From positions 64,001 to 128,000 of the forward strand of contig VMGC01000004.1 in NCBI GenBank assembly GCA_007376385.1: a DNA stretch of 64,000 nucleotides. Reading direction: 5' to 3'. Origin of the DNA: Parcubacteria group bacterium Gr01-1014_8 (GTDB lineage: Bacteria; Patescibacteriota; Minisyncoccia; Phycocordibacterales; UBA2100). Numbering within the stretch: the stretch's first letter is position 1; each line of letters opens with the position of its first letter. The position numbers were made by a program, and so were the translations under genes. A model generated the notes under the pieces. That model saw only the letters and a program-made list of their open reading frames with translations. It was not told the DNA's origin and ran no database searches. This document shows positions 45,959 to 56,144 of the stretch, in pieces.

Positions 45959-47338
45959 TTAGGGGTTAGCCGGCTCGACCACGGTTATCTTGATATTGTT
46001 GGGATCGTTCGGGAAAGAATTCTTCCAGAACGGGGCGATGCTCGCTTCTGCCTTTTCCACCGATGAGAACGAGCCTATTATCGTCTCAAAAGCGCCCTGG
46101 TCCTTGCCAGCTAATGCCTGCGCGAGGGAGGAGGCATCCACATGCCATACCAATTGTGCACTGCCATTCAGGGTGAATGTGAGCGGATCTTTCCCGAGAA
46201 CTTTCTCATCGCCCGCACGTTTCGCGCTCAAAACAATCTTGGGCTTCAGAGAAACCGCACTGTCGGACGCATCCGCACTCACGGCAGATGCTATTGAACG
46301 CGAAAAGGTTGATGCAGAAAATATTGGGATTATGACCGTCGCCCTCTCATTAACTTTCGCACTCCCCGCAGAGTCCGGCGTTGTCGGCAATGATTCAAAA
46401 CGTACGCTTTCTAGATCCGGAAATGCGAACGCGTCAGCGGTGTTTCTTTCAGCCACAGTTACTTTGACCGCTTCCTGCAGTCGCGCGCGGATCTCGAAAC
46501 GAGCCTTCTCTAAAGCCTCTTTGGAAACTGCCGGCTTTGTACCACTAAACCCTCCTTTGAAAGAATCTGTCGATCGGCCCCATACGCCTGCATACATATC
46601 AGCAGTTGACTTTAATCCCGGCAGGGTAAATTTATCCGCAGGCGCTATGTTATACGCTTCTCCCGGTTGGTCAGCGATGACCGTGATGCTGACTTGCCCC
46701 GGCGTCGAACCTTTTTTTCCAGGAATTTCGACTGACGCAGGTACGCGAAATATCATCCCTCCCGGAGATTGAAAACGCGTGTTCTTGATGAGCCGTACCG
46801 ATGCCGTCGAGTAATCATTATAGACGGTGATAGTGCCAGTCGCCTTATCCTCCGCTTTTTCGCTTCCTGTTGCAGGCACCACGGCGGAATTCTCTAGGAC
46901 TACGGTCTCAGTCTTATACGAAATAGTTCCGGTGGCGCTTGTGCCTTCTGGATACGCTGTGAATTGCGTTGAATCATCGAACGTCATCTGGTGTGTCCGT
47001 GGAGTTACAGTCACCGTCGTATTCCCGAGGAAGAAGTACACCAAAGCCCCGACAAGAACAAGAACGGCCGCGACTGCGCCTATCCAAATGTATAAGCGCG
47101 AGCGCCGGCGGGGCGACTCCGCATAGCCTCCGAGAGTTGCTTGAGGTGCTGCCTCCGGTTTGATATCGCCGGCACCGATGCGCGCTGGCGCGGCAGTTAT
47201 TGGAACCCGGCGGACGGGAACCGCAATATTCCGTATTGAACGATCTCCCGGGGGATTGCTTGGCACAGGTGCAGGCGGTGTCTGCCCAGAGGAAGGCGGT
47301 TTTGGAGGCTGAATATCTGCAAAAAAATCTTTCGCCAT
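45959..47338 (-). CDS. Hypothetical single-pass membrane protein with a Pro-rich N-terminus and a large extracytoplasmic beta-rich domain
   Basis: 459 aa, Pro-rich leader, one TM (LYIWIGAVAAVLVLVGALVYFFL). No motif recognised. Confidence 0.45.
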   Translation of the reverse strand: MAKDFFADIQPPKPPSSGQTPPAPVPSNPPGDRSIRNIAVPVRRVPITAAPARIGAGDIKPEAAPQATLGGYAESPRRRSRLYIWIGAVAAVLVLVGALVYFFLGNTTVTVTPRTHQMTFDDSTQFTAYPEGTSATGTISYKTETVVLENSAVVPATGSEKAEDKATGTITVYNDYSTASVRLIKNTRFQSPGGMIFRVPASVEIPGKKGSTPGQVSITVIADQPGEAYNIAPADKFTLPGLKSTADMYAGVWGRSTDSFKGGFSGTKPAVSKEALEKARFEIRARLQEAVKVTVAERNTADAFAFPDLESVRFESLPTTPDSAGSAKVNERATVIIPIFSASTFSRSIASAVSADASDSAVSLKPKIVLSAKRAGDEKVLGKDPLTFTLNGSAQLVWHVDASSLAQALAGKDQGAFETIIGSFSSVEKAEASIAPFWKNSFPNDPNNIKITVVEPANP

Positions 47339-47380
47339 ATGCCTGCTCAGTATATCACTTTTGACGTAGCACTCCTTGTA

Positions 47381-48568
47381 TTATGTGGATTGAGCATTCA
47401 GGTTCAGAAACGCTGATGCAATGCCGAGGCCTGTGTCCCCTTTTACTCCTGGATCCCACGTAACAGAGTTTGAAATATGTTCTGGCGTTATTGATTCAAC
47501 CTTCAAAGGCTGCGTGGTCATTGTAAACGGTGAAAAATCGAGCCGCGAAAAGAAATGCTCGTACCACGGTGCAAAATCTTGTGCAACATGCAGAATGCAC
47601 GAATTCGGCACGCGGCGAGGAGTTGCGAGCACGGAAAATGTCTCTCCAAATAGCTTAGTAAGTTCTGGTTCTGTTTTTGCAAGACCAGCTTTTAATTCGT
47701 CGCACGCCGCAGTGACACATGTATCGCTGAGGAGCATACGCATCAACGATACACTCTCTTCCGGAAGGCCCTTTTCACCAGCAACCCGGCGCGTCAACGT
47801 AGAAGTGCCTTCGGGCACACTCGCGTGTTCGGCTATCTCGTCTTTTCGAATTGCGATGCAATCAGTCGATTCACTGCCAACCGTTATCACAAAATACTGC
47901 CTCAGTGCTGAATGCTCGTGCAATACAGTTTGGAGCGCCCGCATATGGGAGCGGAAGTCTATCAACCTTCCAGGGAGATGTTTACCGAGTGCTCCTTCTA
48001 TTCCCTGCTTCATCTGCGGCTCAATGTCACTCTGAAAGGCAGTAACGCCAACGCTTTTCGCTTTTTTCCCGAGCGGTTTTGCAGTTGGATATCCGTTGAG
48101 ATATACGCGTACCACGTTCGTCTCGAATAGCGAACTCACATTCAACTCACTGGGCTGCTCCAGCGCTTGCTTTGCCAAACCTTGGATGACGTCATTATTT
48201 ATCGCTTGGACTCCTTCGAATATCTTTTCTGCATGCGCTGTGCGAGAACGAACCCATGGAGAACCGACGATGGCATGCACGGTCTTGGGGATGCCGAATG
48301 CTTTAAATGTGTCTCCCTCTGCATATTTTTTGAGAACACGCTCTGAAGCCTCACCAAGGAGCGTCGGCAATCCGGCAAGGACTTGCTCCCTCGTACGCTG
48401 TTCAAGCGGCAATGACGCGCGTTCAGCAGATAGAACGCGCGCCGCGCTAGCCGAGTGCAGCACTACAACGGCTGCGGCTACAGAACCGCTTTCCACTTCA
48501 CACACAAAGACTGGCTTCCCTTTTGATGCCCGCCCAAAGAACGACAGCATTAATGCCCAGAATAACAT
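47381..48568 (-). CDS. Hypothetical protein, possibly actin-like ATPase fold (FtsA/PilM-like); low confidence
   Basis: 'KPVFVCEVESGSVAAAVVVL' and 'YFVITVGSESTDCIAI' resemble the two phosphate loops of ASKHA-fold proteins. Otherwise unassigned. Confidence 0.35.
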   Translation of the reverse strand: MLFWALMLSFFGRASKGKPVFVCEVESGSVAAAVVVLHSASAARVLSAERASLPLEQRTREQVLAGLPTLLGEASERVLKKYAEGDTFKAFGIPKTVHAIVGSPWVRSRTAHAEKIFEGVQAINNDVIQGLAKQALEQPSELNVSSLFETNVVRVYLNGYPTAKPLGKKAKSVGVTAFQSDIEPQMKQGIEGALGKHLPGRLIDFRSHMRALQTVLHEHSALRQYFVITVGSESTDCIAIRKDEIAEHASVPEGTSTLTRRVAGEKGLPEESVSLMRMLLSDTCVTAACDELKAGLAKTEPELTKLFGETFSVLATPRRVPNSCILHVAQDFAPWYEHFFSRLDFSPFTMTTQPLKVESITPEHISNSVTWDPGVKGDTGLGIASAFLNLNAQST

Positions 48569-48608
48569 ACGTTTTTCAAGATAACTTGAAAGTTATACAA
48601 TTCACGCA

Positions 48609-48965
48609 ATGACAGATGACATTAAGAATGTGGGAAGGATAAAACCAGCTCCTCTGTTTTCACGCGCCGGATTGATATTCGACCCGACAAAGCTATCAAT
48701 CACTTCGGAGACAGAAACCGCCATACTGTCGCTGTACGAGTGGAGGCTGCTAAACGCGCTTGTAGAGCAAGAAGGAAAAGCTGTCAGCTATGACGAATTG
48801 GGAATTGCGATGAGCGAGGACAGGCGACCCAGGTCCAAAAATCAACTTGCGAACCACGTCTTTGAGCAGCGCGAAAAACTCGCTCGTCTATCGCCTTTTC
48901 TGAATATTCGAAACGTCGAAAATATTGGTTACGGTTTAAATTCCGGCTCGAATGACCGGACATGA
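48609..48965 (+). CDS. Stand-alone OmpR/PhoB-type winged-helix DNA-binding domain protein
   Basis: 'LSLYEWRLLNALVEQEGKAVSYDEL...RSKNQLANHVFEQREKL...IRNVENIGY' matches trans_reg_C. No receiver domain. Confidence 0.5.
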   Translation: MTDDIKNVGRIKPAPLFSRAGLIFDPTKLSITSETETAILSLYEWRLLNALVEQEGKAVSYDELGIAMSEDRRPRSKNQLANHVFEQREKLARLSPFLNIRNVENIGYGLNSGSNDRT

Positions 48966-48969
48966 CCCT

Positions 48970-50883
48970 TTACTGAATTGTAGCCTTTATTCTTCGAACA
49001 CCCGCTGCGACAGCTTCCTCCTTTTGGATCTTGAAACTTCCAACGATGTCGCCGGTGTTCTCGACATGGGGCCCGCCGCAGAATTCGAGTGAGAACGCCT
49101 GCTCAAACTGAGGTTTCTCAAGCGTTGCATCCTTCGGACCGACTGAATACACCGATACCATATCCGGATACTTTGCGCCAAACTCGTGCTCTGCGCCCAA
49201 CTGCTCTGCCCTATCTTTCGGGAGAATGCTTCTCGTCACTGGAAGCTGCTCACGGATTTTCTCATTCACTATGTTTTCCACTTCCGATATCTGTTCGGGA
49301 GTCATTTTCGCGGTATGCGAAAAATCGATACGAAGGCGCTCTTGCGTAATATTGCTGCCGCGTTGCTTTACGTGTCCGCCAAGAACCACCTGCAACGCCT
49401 TCAACAGCAGGTGGTGCGTCGTGTGCAGTCGCGTTGTCTTTTCCGAGTGATCGGCAAGACCACCCTTGAATTTCTGCTCGGAACTCGCTCGTGAAAGTTC
49501 CTGGTGCTTTTTCATGTACTCTCTGAAGCCCGCCTCATCTATCGCATGTCCTCTTTCTTTTGCTATCTCGAACGTCATCTCGAACGGGAAGCCGTACGAG
49601 GTGAACAATACATATGCCTGTTCTCCCGTAATGTCCCCGGACACCATTCGTTCGAATTCACGCATCCCCTGTTCGAGCGTGTGCCAGAATTGTTTTTCTT
49701 CTTTCCAGATCTCGTCTTTTATATTGCTCCATTCCCGTTCATCGTTCAGTTCAGGATACGGTTCGGAATAATTTTCCGTGAACAACGTCGCGCATTTTAC
49801 CAGCATGCTCTCGTCCGATGCGCTCTCGGCAACCCCGAGTTTGTTGGCATGCTGAACGGCGCGGCGAATGAGACGGCGCAACACATATCCTCGTTCCGTA
49901 TTTGAGGGTCTGATTCCATCGGCGAGCATGAATGTAGCCGCGCGTATATGGTCTGCGATAATGCGAAAAGAACGAATGTATCTTGCATCGGAATATGATT
50001 TCCCGGAGAAACGCTCTAAGAGCGAAATGACATTCTCAAATACATCCGTTTTAAAAACATCTGGGTCGTTATTGGATGCAGCCGCAATTCTCTCGAGCCC
50101 TCCGCCAAAATCGACATTTTGCTTCGGGAGCAGGCCGAACGTACCGTCTTTTTTCTTTATGTATTGCATAAACACCGAATTCCCTATCTCTAAAAAACGG
50201 CCGCAATCGCAATTCGGATGGCACTCGTTGCCGAATTTTGTGTCGTGAGGTAGTCCGAAATCGTAAAAAACTTCTGAGTCTGGACCGCCGGGTTCACCGA
50301 CAGGCATATTTTCCGGCACCCCGGCACGAGACCACCAGTTCTTTTTCGCATCATAGAAAAAAATTCGTCCGCCTTGCATGCCCTTCTTGTAGCCTTCTTC
50401 TTCGGAGCCAACGAGGACATCCTTTGCGTCAATACCGACGGTTGAAAATATTTCTTTCCAAATGACGGCAGATTCAGTGTCCCTCGGCACATTATTTTTT
50501 TCATCCCCGATGAACACCGTGACGTAGAGCTTCTCCGGATCAAGTCCTATTTCTTTTGTAAGGAATTCAAAGAACCACGGCAGCTGTTCTTTTTTGAAAT
50601 AGTCCCCGAGCGACCAATTGCCGAGCATCTCGAAGAACGTCGTGTGCCGGTTGTCCCCCACCTCCTCAATGTCCATGGCACGAAAACTTTTTTGAGAATT
50701 CACGAGCCGCTTCCCGGACGGATGATCTTTCCCGAGAAGATACGGAACGAGCGGCTGCATGCCGCTTCCGGTGAAAAGCGTCGTCGGATCGTTCTCCGGA
50801 ACGACAGGAGCCGAAGGAATTACTACGTGTCCTTGCGCTTTAAAAAACGCCAAGTATTTCGAACGAATATCGTTGAGAGTCAT
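48970..50883 (-). CDS. alaS: Alanyl-tRNA synthetase, short form (catalytic, tRNA-recognition and editing domains; no C-Ala domain)
   Basis: Start at MTLNDIRSKYLAFFKAQGH (rc ATG 50881-50883). 'HHLLLKALQ...GGHVKQRGS' is the editing/second-site HxxxH motif. About 637 aa. Confidence 0.85.
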   Translation of the reverse strand: MTLNDIRSKYLAFFKAQGHVVIPSAPVVPENDPTTLFTGSGMQPLVPYLLGKDHPSGKRLVNSQKSFRAMDIEEVGDNRHTTFFEMLGNWSLGDYFKKEQLPWFFEFLTKEIGLDPEKLYVTVFIGDEKNNVPRDTESAVIWKEIFSTVGIDAKDVLVGSEEEGYKKGMQGGRIFFYDAKKNWWSRAGVPENMPVGEPGGPDSEVFYDFGLPHDTKFGNECHPNCDCGRFLEIGNSVFMQYIKKKDGTFGLLPKQNVDFGGGLERIAAASNNDPDVFKTDVFENVISLLERFSGKSYSDARYIRSFRIIADHIRAATFMLADGIRPSNTERGYVLRRLIRRAVQHANKLGVAESASDESMLVKCATLFTENYSEPYPELNDEREWSNIKDEIWKEEKQFWHTLEQGMREFERMVSGDITGEQAYVLFTSYGFPFEMTFEIAKERGHAIDEAGFREYMKKHQELSRASSEQKFKGGLADHSEKTTRLHTTHHLLLKALQVVLGGHVKQRGSNITQERLRIDFSHTAKMTPEQISEVENIVNEKIREQLPVTRSILPKDRAEQLGAEHEFGAKYPDMVSVYSVGPKDATLEKPQFEQAFSLEFCGGPHVENTGDIVGSFKIQKEEAVAAGVRRIKATIQ

Positions 50884-51193
50884 AAAAAGGTGTATGGCGT
50901 ATAGGGTATAGCGTATTGCGGAAAAAACCAAATCATGCGACACGCAAAATAGCTCATCCCTCGTCCCAACAGCCAAAGCTCATTGTTTCGAGGGATGCTG
51001 GAGTGCCCGACCTTTCGGCCGTTTTTGTCTGTTCCGAAACATACCCCAGATCAGGTTCACTGCCAGAAATACTAGCAGTATCCCGAACCAGAAGTCGTAG
51101 GAACTGACCGCGCTCCATACGCTTGTCAGCGTCATGCTGCGTCCACGCTACCACCTTTTTTGACTTTGCAACACGTGAAGGTACGATGCCCTG

Positions 51194-52465
51194 ATGCAAT
51201 ACAATGTACATACCCTCAAAAACGGCCTGCGCATCGTTCTCGTTCCGATGCCGGGCACTGAGACCGCGACTGTGATCGCAATGACCGGTACCGGCTCACG
51301 TTACGAGGATACACGCGAGAACGGCCTCGCACACTTCCTCGAGCACATGTTTTTCAAAGGAACTAAGGAACGGCCGAGTGCGCGCGCTATCAGTGAAGAG
51401 CTGGATTCTGTAGGAAGCGTTTACAATGCCTTCACCTCCAAAGAACGCACTGCTTACTACGCGAAAGTCTCAAGCCGATACCTCGACACCGCGCTCGACG
51501 TCATCAGTGACATCTTTCTCAACTCAGCGCTTCCGAGCAAAGAAATAACGAAAGAGCGCGGCGCCATCATTCAGGAGATTGATATGTACGAAGACATGCC
51601 GATGCGCACGGTAGACAACGTGTTTGACGCGCTTATCTTCGGTGAAGAACACCCGCTCGGCCGCACTATTCTAGGACCGAAGGAAAATATCCGTGCTTTC
51701 ACGCGCAAAGATTTCGCTGCATACCTCAAGCGCAACTACACGCCTCTGAACACCGTCGTGTGCGTTGCAGGCGCATTTTCTGGATCAAAAGTCCTTGCAA
51801 CATTGGAAAAAGCCTTCGGTTCTCTCAAGCACGGCAATCCGCCTAATTACATTACGTTTACATCAGAGCAAAGCGCACCGCGCATTTCAATTAAGCACAA
51901 AAACACAGACCAAACGCATGTCATGCTCGGCGTACCCGCCTATCCATATCTTCACAAGGATGAATTCGCGCTCGCTGTCCTTGCGACTATTCTTGGCGGG
52001 GGTATGTCCAGCCGGCTGTTTCTTGAAGTGCGCGAGAAGCGGGGCTTGGCCTATTCAGTGCGAGCAACAGTAGAGAATTACCCGGACACCGGGTATCTTG
52101 CGGTTCAGGCGGGCGTCGAACATGGAAAATTGGAAAAGACAGTCAAAACGATTCTTGCCGAATTTAAAAAGATCAAACGAGAAAAAGTATCTTCCACCGA
52201 ACTCGACAAGGCCAAAAACTACATCAAAGGCACAATGACACTGCATCTTGAAACAAGCGATGCGGTAGCTGAGCATGCGGCTTCGACAATGATTAACATC
52301 GGCAGAGTCCGGCCCCTTGATGAAATCCTAGCTGGTATCGACACTGTGCGAATTGATGATATCCAACGCGTCGCCAGCGACCTATTGCAGACGGACAAAC
52401 TGAACCTCGCCGTCATCGGCCCACATACCAATGCAGAAGTATTGCAAACAGCGATGCGCCTTTGA
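51194..52465 (+). CDS. M16 (pitrilysin/insulinase) family zinc peptidase
   Basis: 'GLAHFLEHMFFKGT' is the inverted zincin HxxEH motif. 423 aa, a single M16 unit. Confidence 0.75.
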   Translation: MQYNVHTLKNGLRIVLVPMPGTETATVIAMTGTGSRYEDTRENGLAHFLEHMFFKGTKERPSARAISEELDSVGSVYNAFTSKERTAYYAKVSSRYLDTALDVISDIFLNSALPSKEITKERGAIIQEIDMYEDMPMRTVDNVFDALIFGEEHPLGRTILGPKENIRAFTRKDFAAYLKRNYTPLNTVVCVAGAFSGSKVLATLEKAFGSLKHGNPPNYITFTSEQSAPRISIKHKNTDQTHVMLGVPAYPYLHKDEFALAVLATILGGGMSSRLFLEVREKRGLAYSVRATVENYPDTGYLAVQAGVEHGKLEKTVKTILAEFKKIKREKVSSTELDKAKNYIKGTMTLHLETSDAVAEHAASTMINIGRVRPLDEILAGIDTVRIDDIQRVASDLLQTDKLNLAVIGPHTNAEVLQTAMRL

Positions 52466-53056
52466 TCAAGCCGTTCGCAGGATTTGAAAATCTTTCTTGA
52501 GTGTCTCTTTTAGAGACTGATTGTAAATCGCTGCCGCTGGATGATAGAGCGGCACAACTTTGACAGTTCCGTACGACGCGGTTCCATCATACGACTTGCC
52601 GTGTGCGCGACTGATAGTTTCTATTTCCAGTGAAAGTCCGAGTCTCCTCATAATGTAGTCCATTGAAAACCTACCAAGAGTAGCAATGACTTTTGGCTGA
52701 ATGACGTCTATCTGCCTGTCGAGAAACGGCGCATACAATTCAATTTCCGACGGAAGCGGGTCGCGATTTTCAGGGGGCCTGTCTTTGACAATGTTCGTGA
52801 TGTATACCTCTTTCCGAGGAACACCAATTGATTCCAAGAGAGAGTCTAGAATTTTGCCGGCAGCTCCGCAGAAAGGTCTCCCCGTCAGTGCCTCATTCTT
52901 CCCCGGCGCCTCGCCAATGAACATTATTTTCGAGTCGTGGCTGCCCTCTCCAAGAACGGCGTGGTTATTATTTTTCTTGCGATACTCAGCCAACCCGCCA
53001 TCTATTGCGATGACTTCATCCCGTATCTGCTTCATCTTTTCGAATTTATCGCTCAT
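52466..53056 (-). CDS. Uracil-DNA glycosylase, family 4
   Basis: 'FIGEAPGKNEALTGRPFCGAAGKILD' (GEAPG motif) and C-terminal 'HPAAA' region. Confidence 0.7.
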   Translation of the reverse strand: MSDKFEKMKQIRDEVIAIDGGLAEYRKKNNNHAVLGEGSHDSKIMFIGEAPGKNEALTGRPFCGAAGKILDSLLESIGVPRKEVYITNIVKDRPPENRDPLPSEIELYAPFLDRQIDVIQPKVIATLGRFSMDYIMRRLGLSLEIETISRAHGKSYDGTASYGTVKVVPLYHPAAAIYNQSLKETLKKDFQILRTA

Positions 53057-54279
53057 GGTGCGTGTTGTATCTGCTCAATGAGAATATGCAAGCCCTCATC
53101 TAACTGCTCTTCTGAGATAGTGAGCGGCGGCATGAGCTGCATATTGTCTCCGCTTCCTACAACAACGTGCAGGCCTCCCGAGAGCGCTGATCGCTGGACG
53201 CGCACGCACGTTTCTGCATCCTTGAATTGAACTCCTATTTCCATTCCTTTCCCCCGAACAGCAACGACGACACCGCCGAGATCCTTTTTGATCGTTTTCA
53301 TGATATATGCTCCTTTTTTCTCTGCCATGTCCCACGTCTTATCACGTTGATGAACCTGCAGAGTTTTTAATGCTGCCGCACACGCAAGCGGCGTCCACCC
53401 AAACGTTGAAATGAGCATCGCGTCCGGAAACGCTTTTTCAAAAATATCTCTCCTGCCCACCGATGTCCCTATAGCTACCGAGCCATTTGAGATCCCTTTT
53501 GCGAGCACTATCATATCTGGGATGACGCTTTCGTGCTCTATTGCAAACAATTTTCCCGTCCGCGAGAATCCCGTTCCCACTTCGTCGATGATGAGCAACG
53601 TGCCGTATGCAGCCGTCAGCTGTCGAACGCTTTTGAGAAAACCTGGGTACGCAATAGCGGTAGACCCCCAACCCGTAACAATTCCCGGCTCAGTTACTAT
53701 TGCAGCGATATCTTCACCAGCGAGCAATTCTTCCAAGTCTGAAAGAAATTTCTCGAAAACTTCATTCCCGAGGTTTTCTTCGGGAAATTGTATCGGCGTT
53801 ATTTCAGGCACAAGAGGTGCAAGTCTCTCTCTTGCCGCTCCAGAAGCGCCGAGCGCAAGTGAAGCGAATAGCTGTCCATGATAGTGCTCATTGAAACCGA
53901 GGATTTTCTTTCGTCCTGTGTAGGCGCGCGCCACTTTTATTGACATTTCTATCGCTTCAGTGCCGCCTGTCGCTTTCATGCATGCGTTAAGCTCTTTGGG
54001 CAGTGACGCGGTGAGCGCTTTAGCATATTCTTCCTGAATGACATCACTGCCCCACAAGAGCCCTTGCACGTTCTTTTCAACCTGCTCGATGATCGCCTCA
54101 GATATTTCTGGATGATTCCAACCAAGATTTGTAACGTTCCAGCCAGAAGTAAAATCGATGAATCGTTTTCCTTCTCGATCCCAAATCTCCCCGCCACGCG
54201 CTTTCCCGAATGAGAAAAACTTTATTGGACCGCCCGTACCGTCCTTTGAGGCGCGGTAGACGATACTATTTTCTATCAT
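53053..54279 (-). CDS. Class-III PLP-dependent aminotransferase (ArgD/GabT/putrescine aminotransferase-like)
   Basis: 'FTSGWNVTNLGWNHPEI', 'LIIDEVGTGFSRTGKLFA' (PLP-Lys region) and 'GKGMEIGVQ'. Confidence 0.7.
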   Translation of the reverse strand: MIENSIVYRASKDGTGGPIKFFSFGKARGGEIWDREGKRFIDFTSGWNVTNLGWNHPEISEAIIEQVEKNVQGLLWGSDVIQEEYAKALTASLPKELNACMKATGGTEAIEMSIKVARAYTGRKKILGFNEHYHGQLFASLALGASGAARERLAPLVPEITPIQFPEENLGNEVFEKFLSDLEELLAGEDIAAIVTEPGIVTGWGSTAIAYPGFLKSVRQLTAAYGTLLIIDEVGTGFSRTGKLFAIEHESVIPDMIVLAKGISNGSVAIGTSVGRRDIFEKAFPDAMLISTFGWTPLACAAALKTLQVHQRDKTWDMAEKKGAYIMKTIKKDLGGVVVAVRGKGMEIGVQFKDAETCVRVQRSALSGGLHVVVGSGDNMQLMPPLTISEEQLDEGLHILIEQIQHAP

Positions 54280-54285
54280 AGGTAA

Positions 54286-54540
54286 CTAGATACGGGCTCC
54301 TTCACCCCTCAATAGAGCACGCTTACGTCTCTCTCCGCCGCGGTTATAATTGCCTAAGCTACCGTCAGAACGAACTACTCTGTGACACGGAATAGTCGGG
54401 TCATAGTTCGTCCGCATAATCGCGCCGACTCCTCGCGCCGCTTTGGAATTTCCCGCCTTTGTAGCAACCTGTTTATAGGTCATAGAACCCCCCTTTGGGA
54501 TCGTGCGTACGATATCGAGGACTTTCTCACGAAACGTCAT
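54286..54540 (-). CDS. Methylated-DNA-protein-cysteine methyltransferase (Ogt/MGMT) active-site domain protein
   Basis: '...YKQVATKAGNSKAARGVGAIMRTN...IPCHRVV' with the PCHRV catalytic Cys motif. Start at MTFREK (rc ATG 54538-54540). Confidence 0.65.
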   Translation of the reverse strand: MTFREKVLDIVRTIPKGGSMTYKQVATKAGNSKAARGVGAIMRTNYDPTIPCHRVVRSDGSLGNYNRGGERRKRALLRGEGARI

Positions 54541-54548
54541 GCACGCAT

Positions 54549-54654
54549 TATACCCCATGAGATAGATCTCAAGATATGCATTCTGAATCAAATCATTCGC
54601 AGACGGATTTCTAAAACATCAAGTCAGAGAATGTATCTCACGGGGTTATATACC
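54549..54654. repeat. Intercistronic palindromic element, copy B: arms TATACCCCATGAGATA / TATCTCACGGGGTTATATACC with a 69-nt spacer
   Basis: Arms at 54549-54564 and 54634-54654. The right arm overlaps the stop of the Cas4-like gene. Confidence 0.55.
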
Positions 54655-55443
54655 CAGAGTACCCTGAACTTTCTTCGAGTTTTTGGGCGCAAATGCGAGC
54701 ATTTTTTTGCCGACTGCTTCTCGATATCGGCAATAGTCGCACTCTTCTGATGCAGATGGCAACTCATCACGTTCCAGACACAATTTTATTTCTTTGAGCG
54801 TTCCTTCGACCCACGAATCGTCACCTTTATAAGGGACGAGAGTTACCTCGAACTCCAGCAGAGCATCAAATGCCTTTTTGTCCCTATCCGCGTTCGCATA
54901 CACGAAGTACCCAGTGTCAGAGACCTTGAATCCGTTCTGCCTAAAGAGCCACTGGTATATTTCCATTTGCCGTTTGTATCCATCGTGCCACTCTTGGTCC
55001 AATTCTTTTATCGTTTCGTCTTTACTCGTCGCCTTGTAATCAACGATGATAAGTTCGCCCTTTGGATCTATCCATATGTCATCCACGCCGCCGCACACCA
55101 TGAATCCTGTGCTGTGGCGATGGCAGATACCCCGCTTCAATGAGTCACGCCATTCATCTATGCGCGAGTCATCGAACGGAACCGCATCAACACCGTATTC
55201 TTTCAAGAGCGGATGCGTTGTCTTTTCTGTCCGATGAATATCGAATTCCTTTTTTAACAGCGCATCAACTGCACTATTCAGATTGAACGGAAAGCCCGGC
55301 GGACGAGCTGTCCCAAGCTTGTTATCAATATAAAAACACCTGGGGCACTCAAGAAAAAGCCCTATTTTCGAGCGAGAAAGACGGAACCTATCTCCGCCAT
55401 AGTTCCAATTTGGATTTCTGTCTGGCTTGTAGTAGCCGCTCAT
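54646..55443 (-). CDS. PD-(D/E)xK nuclease with a four-Cys cluster (Cas4-like/RecB-family Fe-S nuclease); no CRISPR context
   Basis: N-terminal 'CPRCFY', 'GGVDDIWIDPKGELIIVDYKATS' (D...EYK/DYK motif), 'YKRQMEIYQWL' (QxxxY) and C-terminal 'CDYCRY'. Confidence 0.6.
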   Translation of the reverse strand: MSGYYKPDRNPNWNYGGDRFRLSRSKIGLFLECPRCFYIDNKLGTARPPGFPFNLNSAVDALLKKEFDIHRTEKTTHPLLKEYGVDAVPFDDSRIDEWRDSLKRGICHRHSTGFMVCGGVDDIWIDPKGELIIVDYKATSKDETIKELDQEWHDGYKRQMEIYQWLFRQNGFKVSDTGYFVYANADRDKKAFDALLEFEVTLVPYKGDDSWVEGTLKEIKLCLERDELPSASEECDYCRYREAVGKKMLAFAPKNSKKVQGTLGI

Positions 55444-55450
55444 GGGACGA

Positions 55451-55521
55451 GTATACCCCGTGAGATCAAGAAATCTAAATATTTCGAACGACGTATGGGA
55501 ACTTATCTCACGGAATATACC
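55451..55521. repeat. Intercistronic palindromic element, copy C: arms GTATACCCCGTGAGAT / TTATCTCACGGAATATACC with a 36-nt spacer
   Basis: Arms at 55451-55466 and 55503-55521, immediately upstream of the Cas4-like gene start. Confidence 0.5.
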
Positions 55522-55657
55522 ACCGCCTCTGTCTGGAACATCGCCTCTGATATTCAGGTTGGAGAATATCGGAGGCGATGCATTTTTTTGCGTCGACGGA
55601 GCCGACTAACTTCCAGCAAGCCGACCCAGGTGCCCTCGTGTTAGCGAAGGATCGGCT

Positions 55658-56140
55658 TTACAAACTTCGCGAATCGCCTCGTTCTTTAACCTCGATGAAC
55701 CAATGCTTGAATGTATTTTCCACGTACCACATGCCAAAAAAGATGGCGAGTGTCAGCAACGTCGAGAAAATAGCGATCTGATACATACCAAACGCGACTA
55801 CGGCTCCTACAGCAGCCGCAACCCACAATCCCGCGGCAGTTGTTACGCCATGTAGCGAGTCGCCTTTGAAAATAATAAGCCCTGCACCAAGAAAACCTAT
55901 GCCCTGCACCACGGAAGCTAAGACACGGGCCGGATCGAAATTAACCAATCCTATGAATTGCGAGTCAACTGACATACCAGTCAGCACGAAGAGGCACGAG
56001 CCGAGCGAGACTAATCCGAACGTGCGGCTGCCTGCCGCTTGATTTGCCATCAATGCCCGTTCAGTACCGACGATGACACCCAAGAAAGCTGCAAGCAACA
56101 ACTTGAGCATCAGCGTGCTCGTCGGATCTACGAAATCCAT
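55658..56140 (-). CDS. MgtC/SapB family membrane protein
   Basis: 'LLAAFLGVIVGTERALMANQAAGSRTFGLVSLGSC' matches the MgtC N-terminal consensus (GxERE). Four to five TM helices. Confidence 0.7.
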   Translation of the reverse strand: MDFVDPTSTLMLKLLLAAFLGVIVGTERALMANQAAGSRTFGLVSLGSCLFVLTGMSVDSQFIGLVNFDPARVLASVVQGIGFLGAGLIIFKGDSLHGVTTAAGLWVAAAVGAVVAFGMYQIAIFSTLLTLAIFFGMWYVENTFKHWFIEVKERGDSRSL

Positions 56141-56144
56141 AGGC

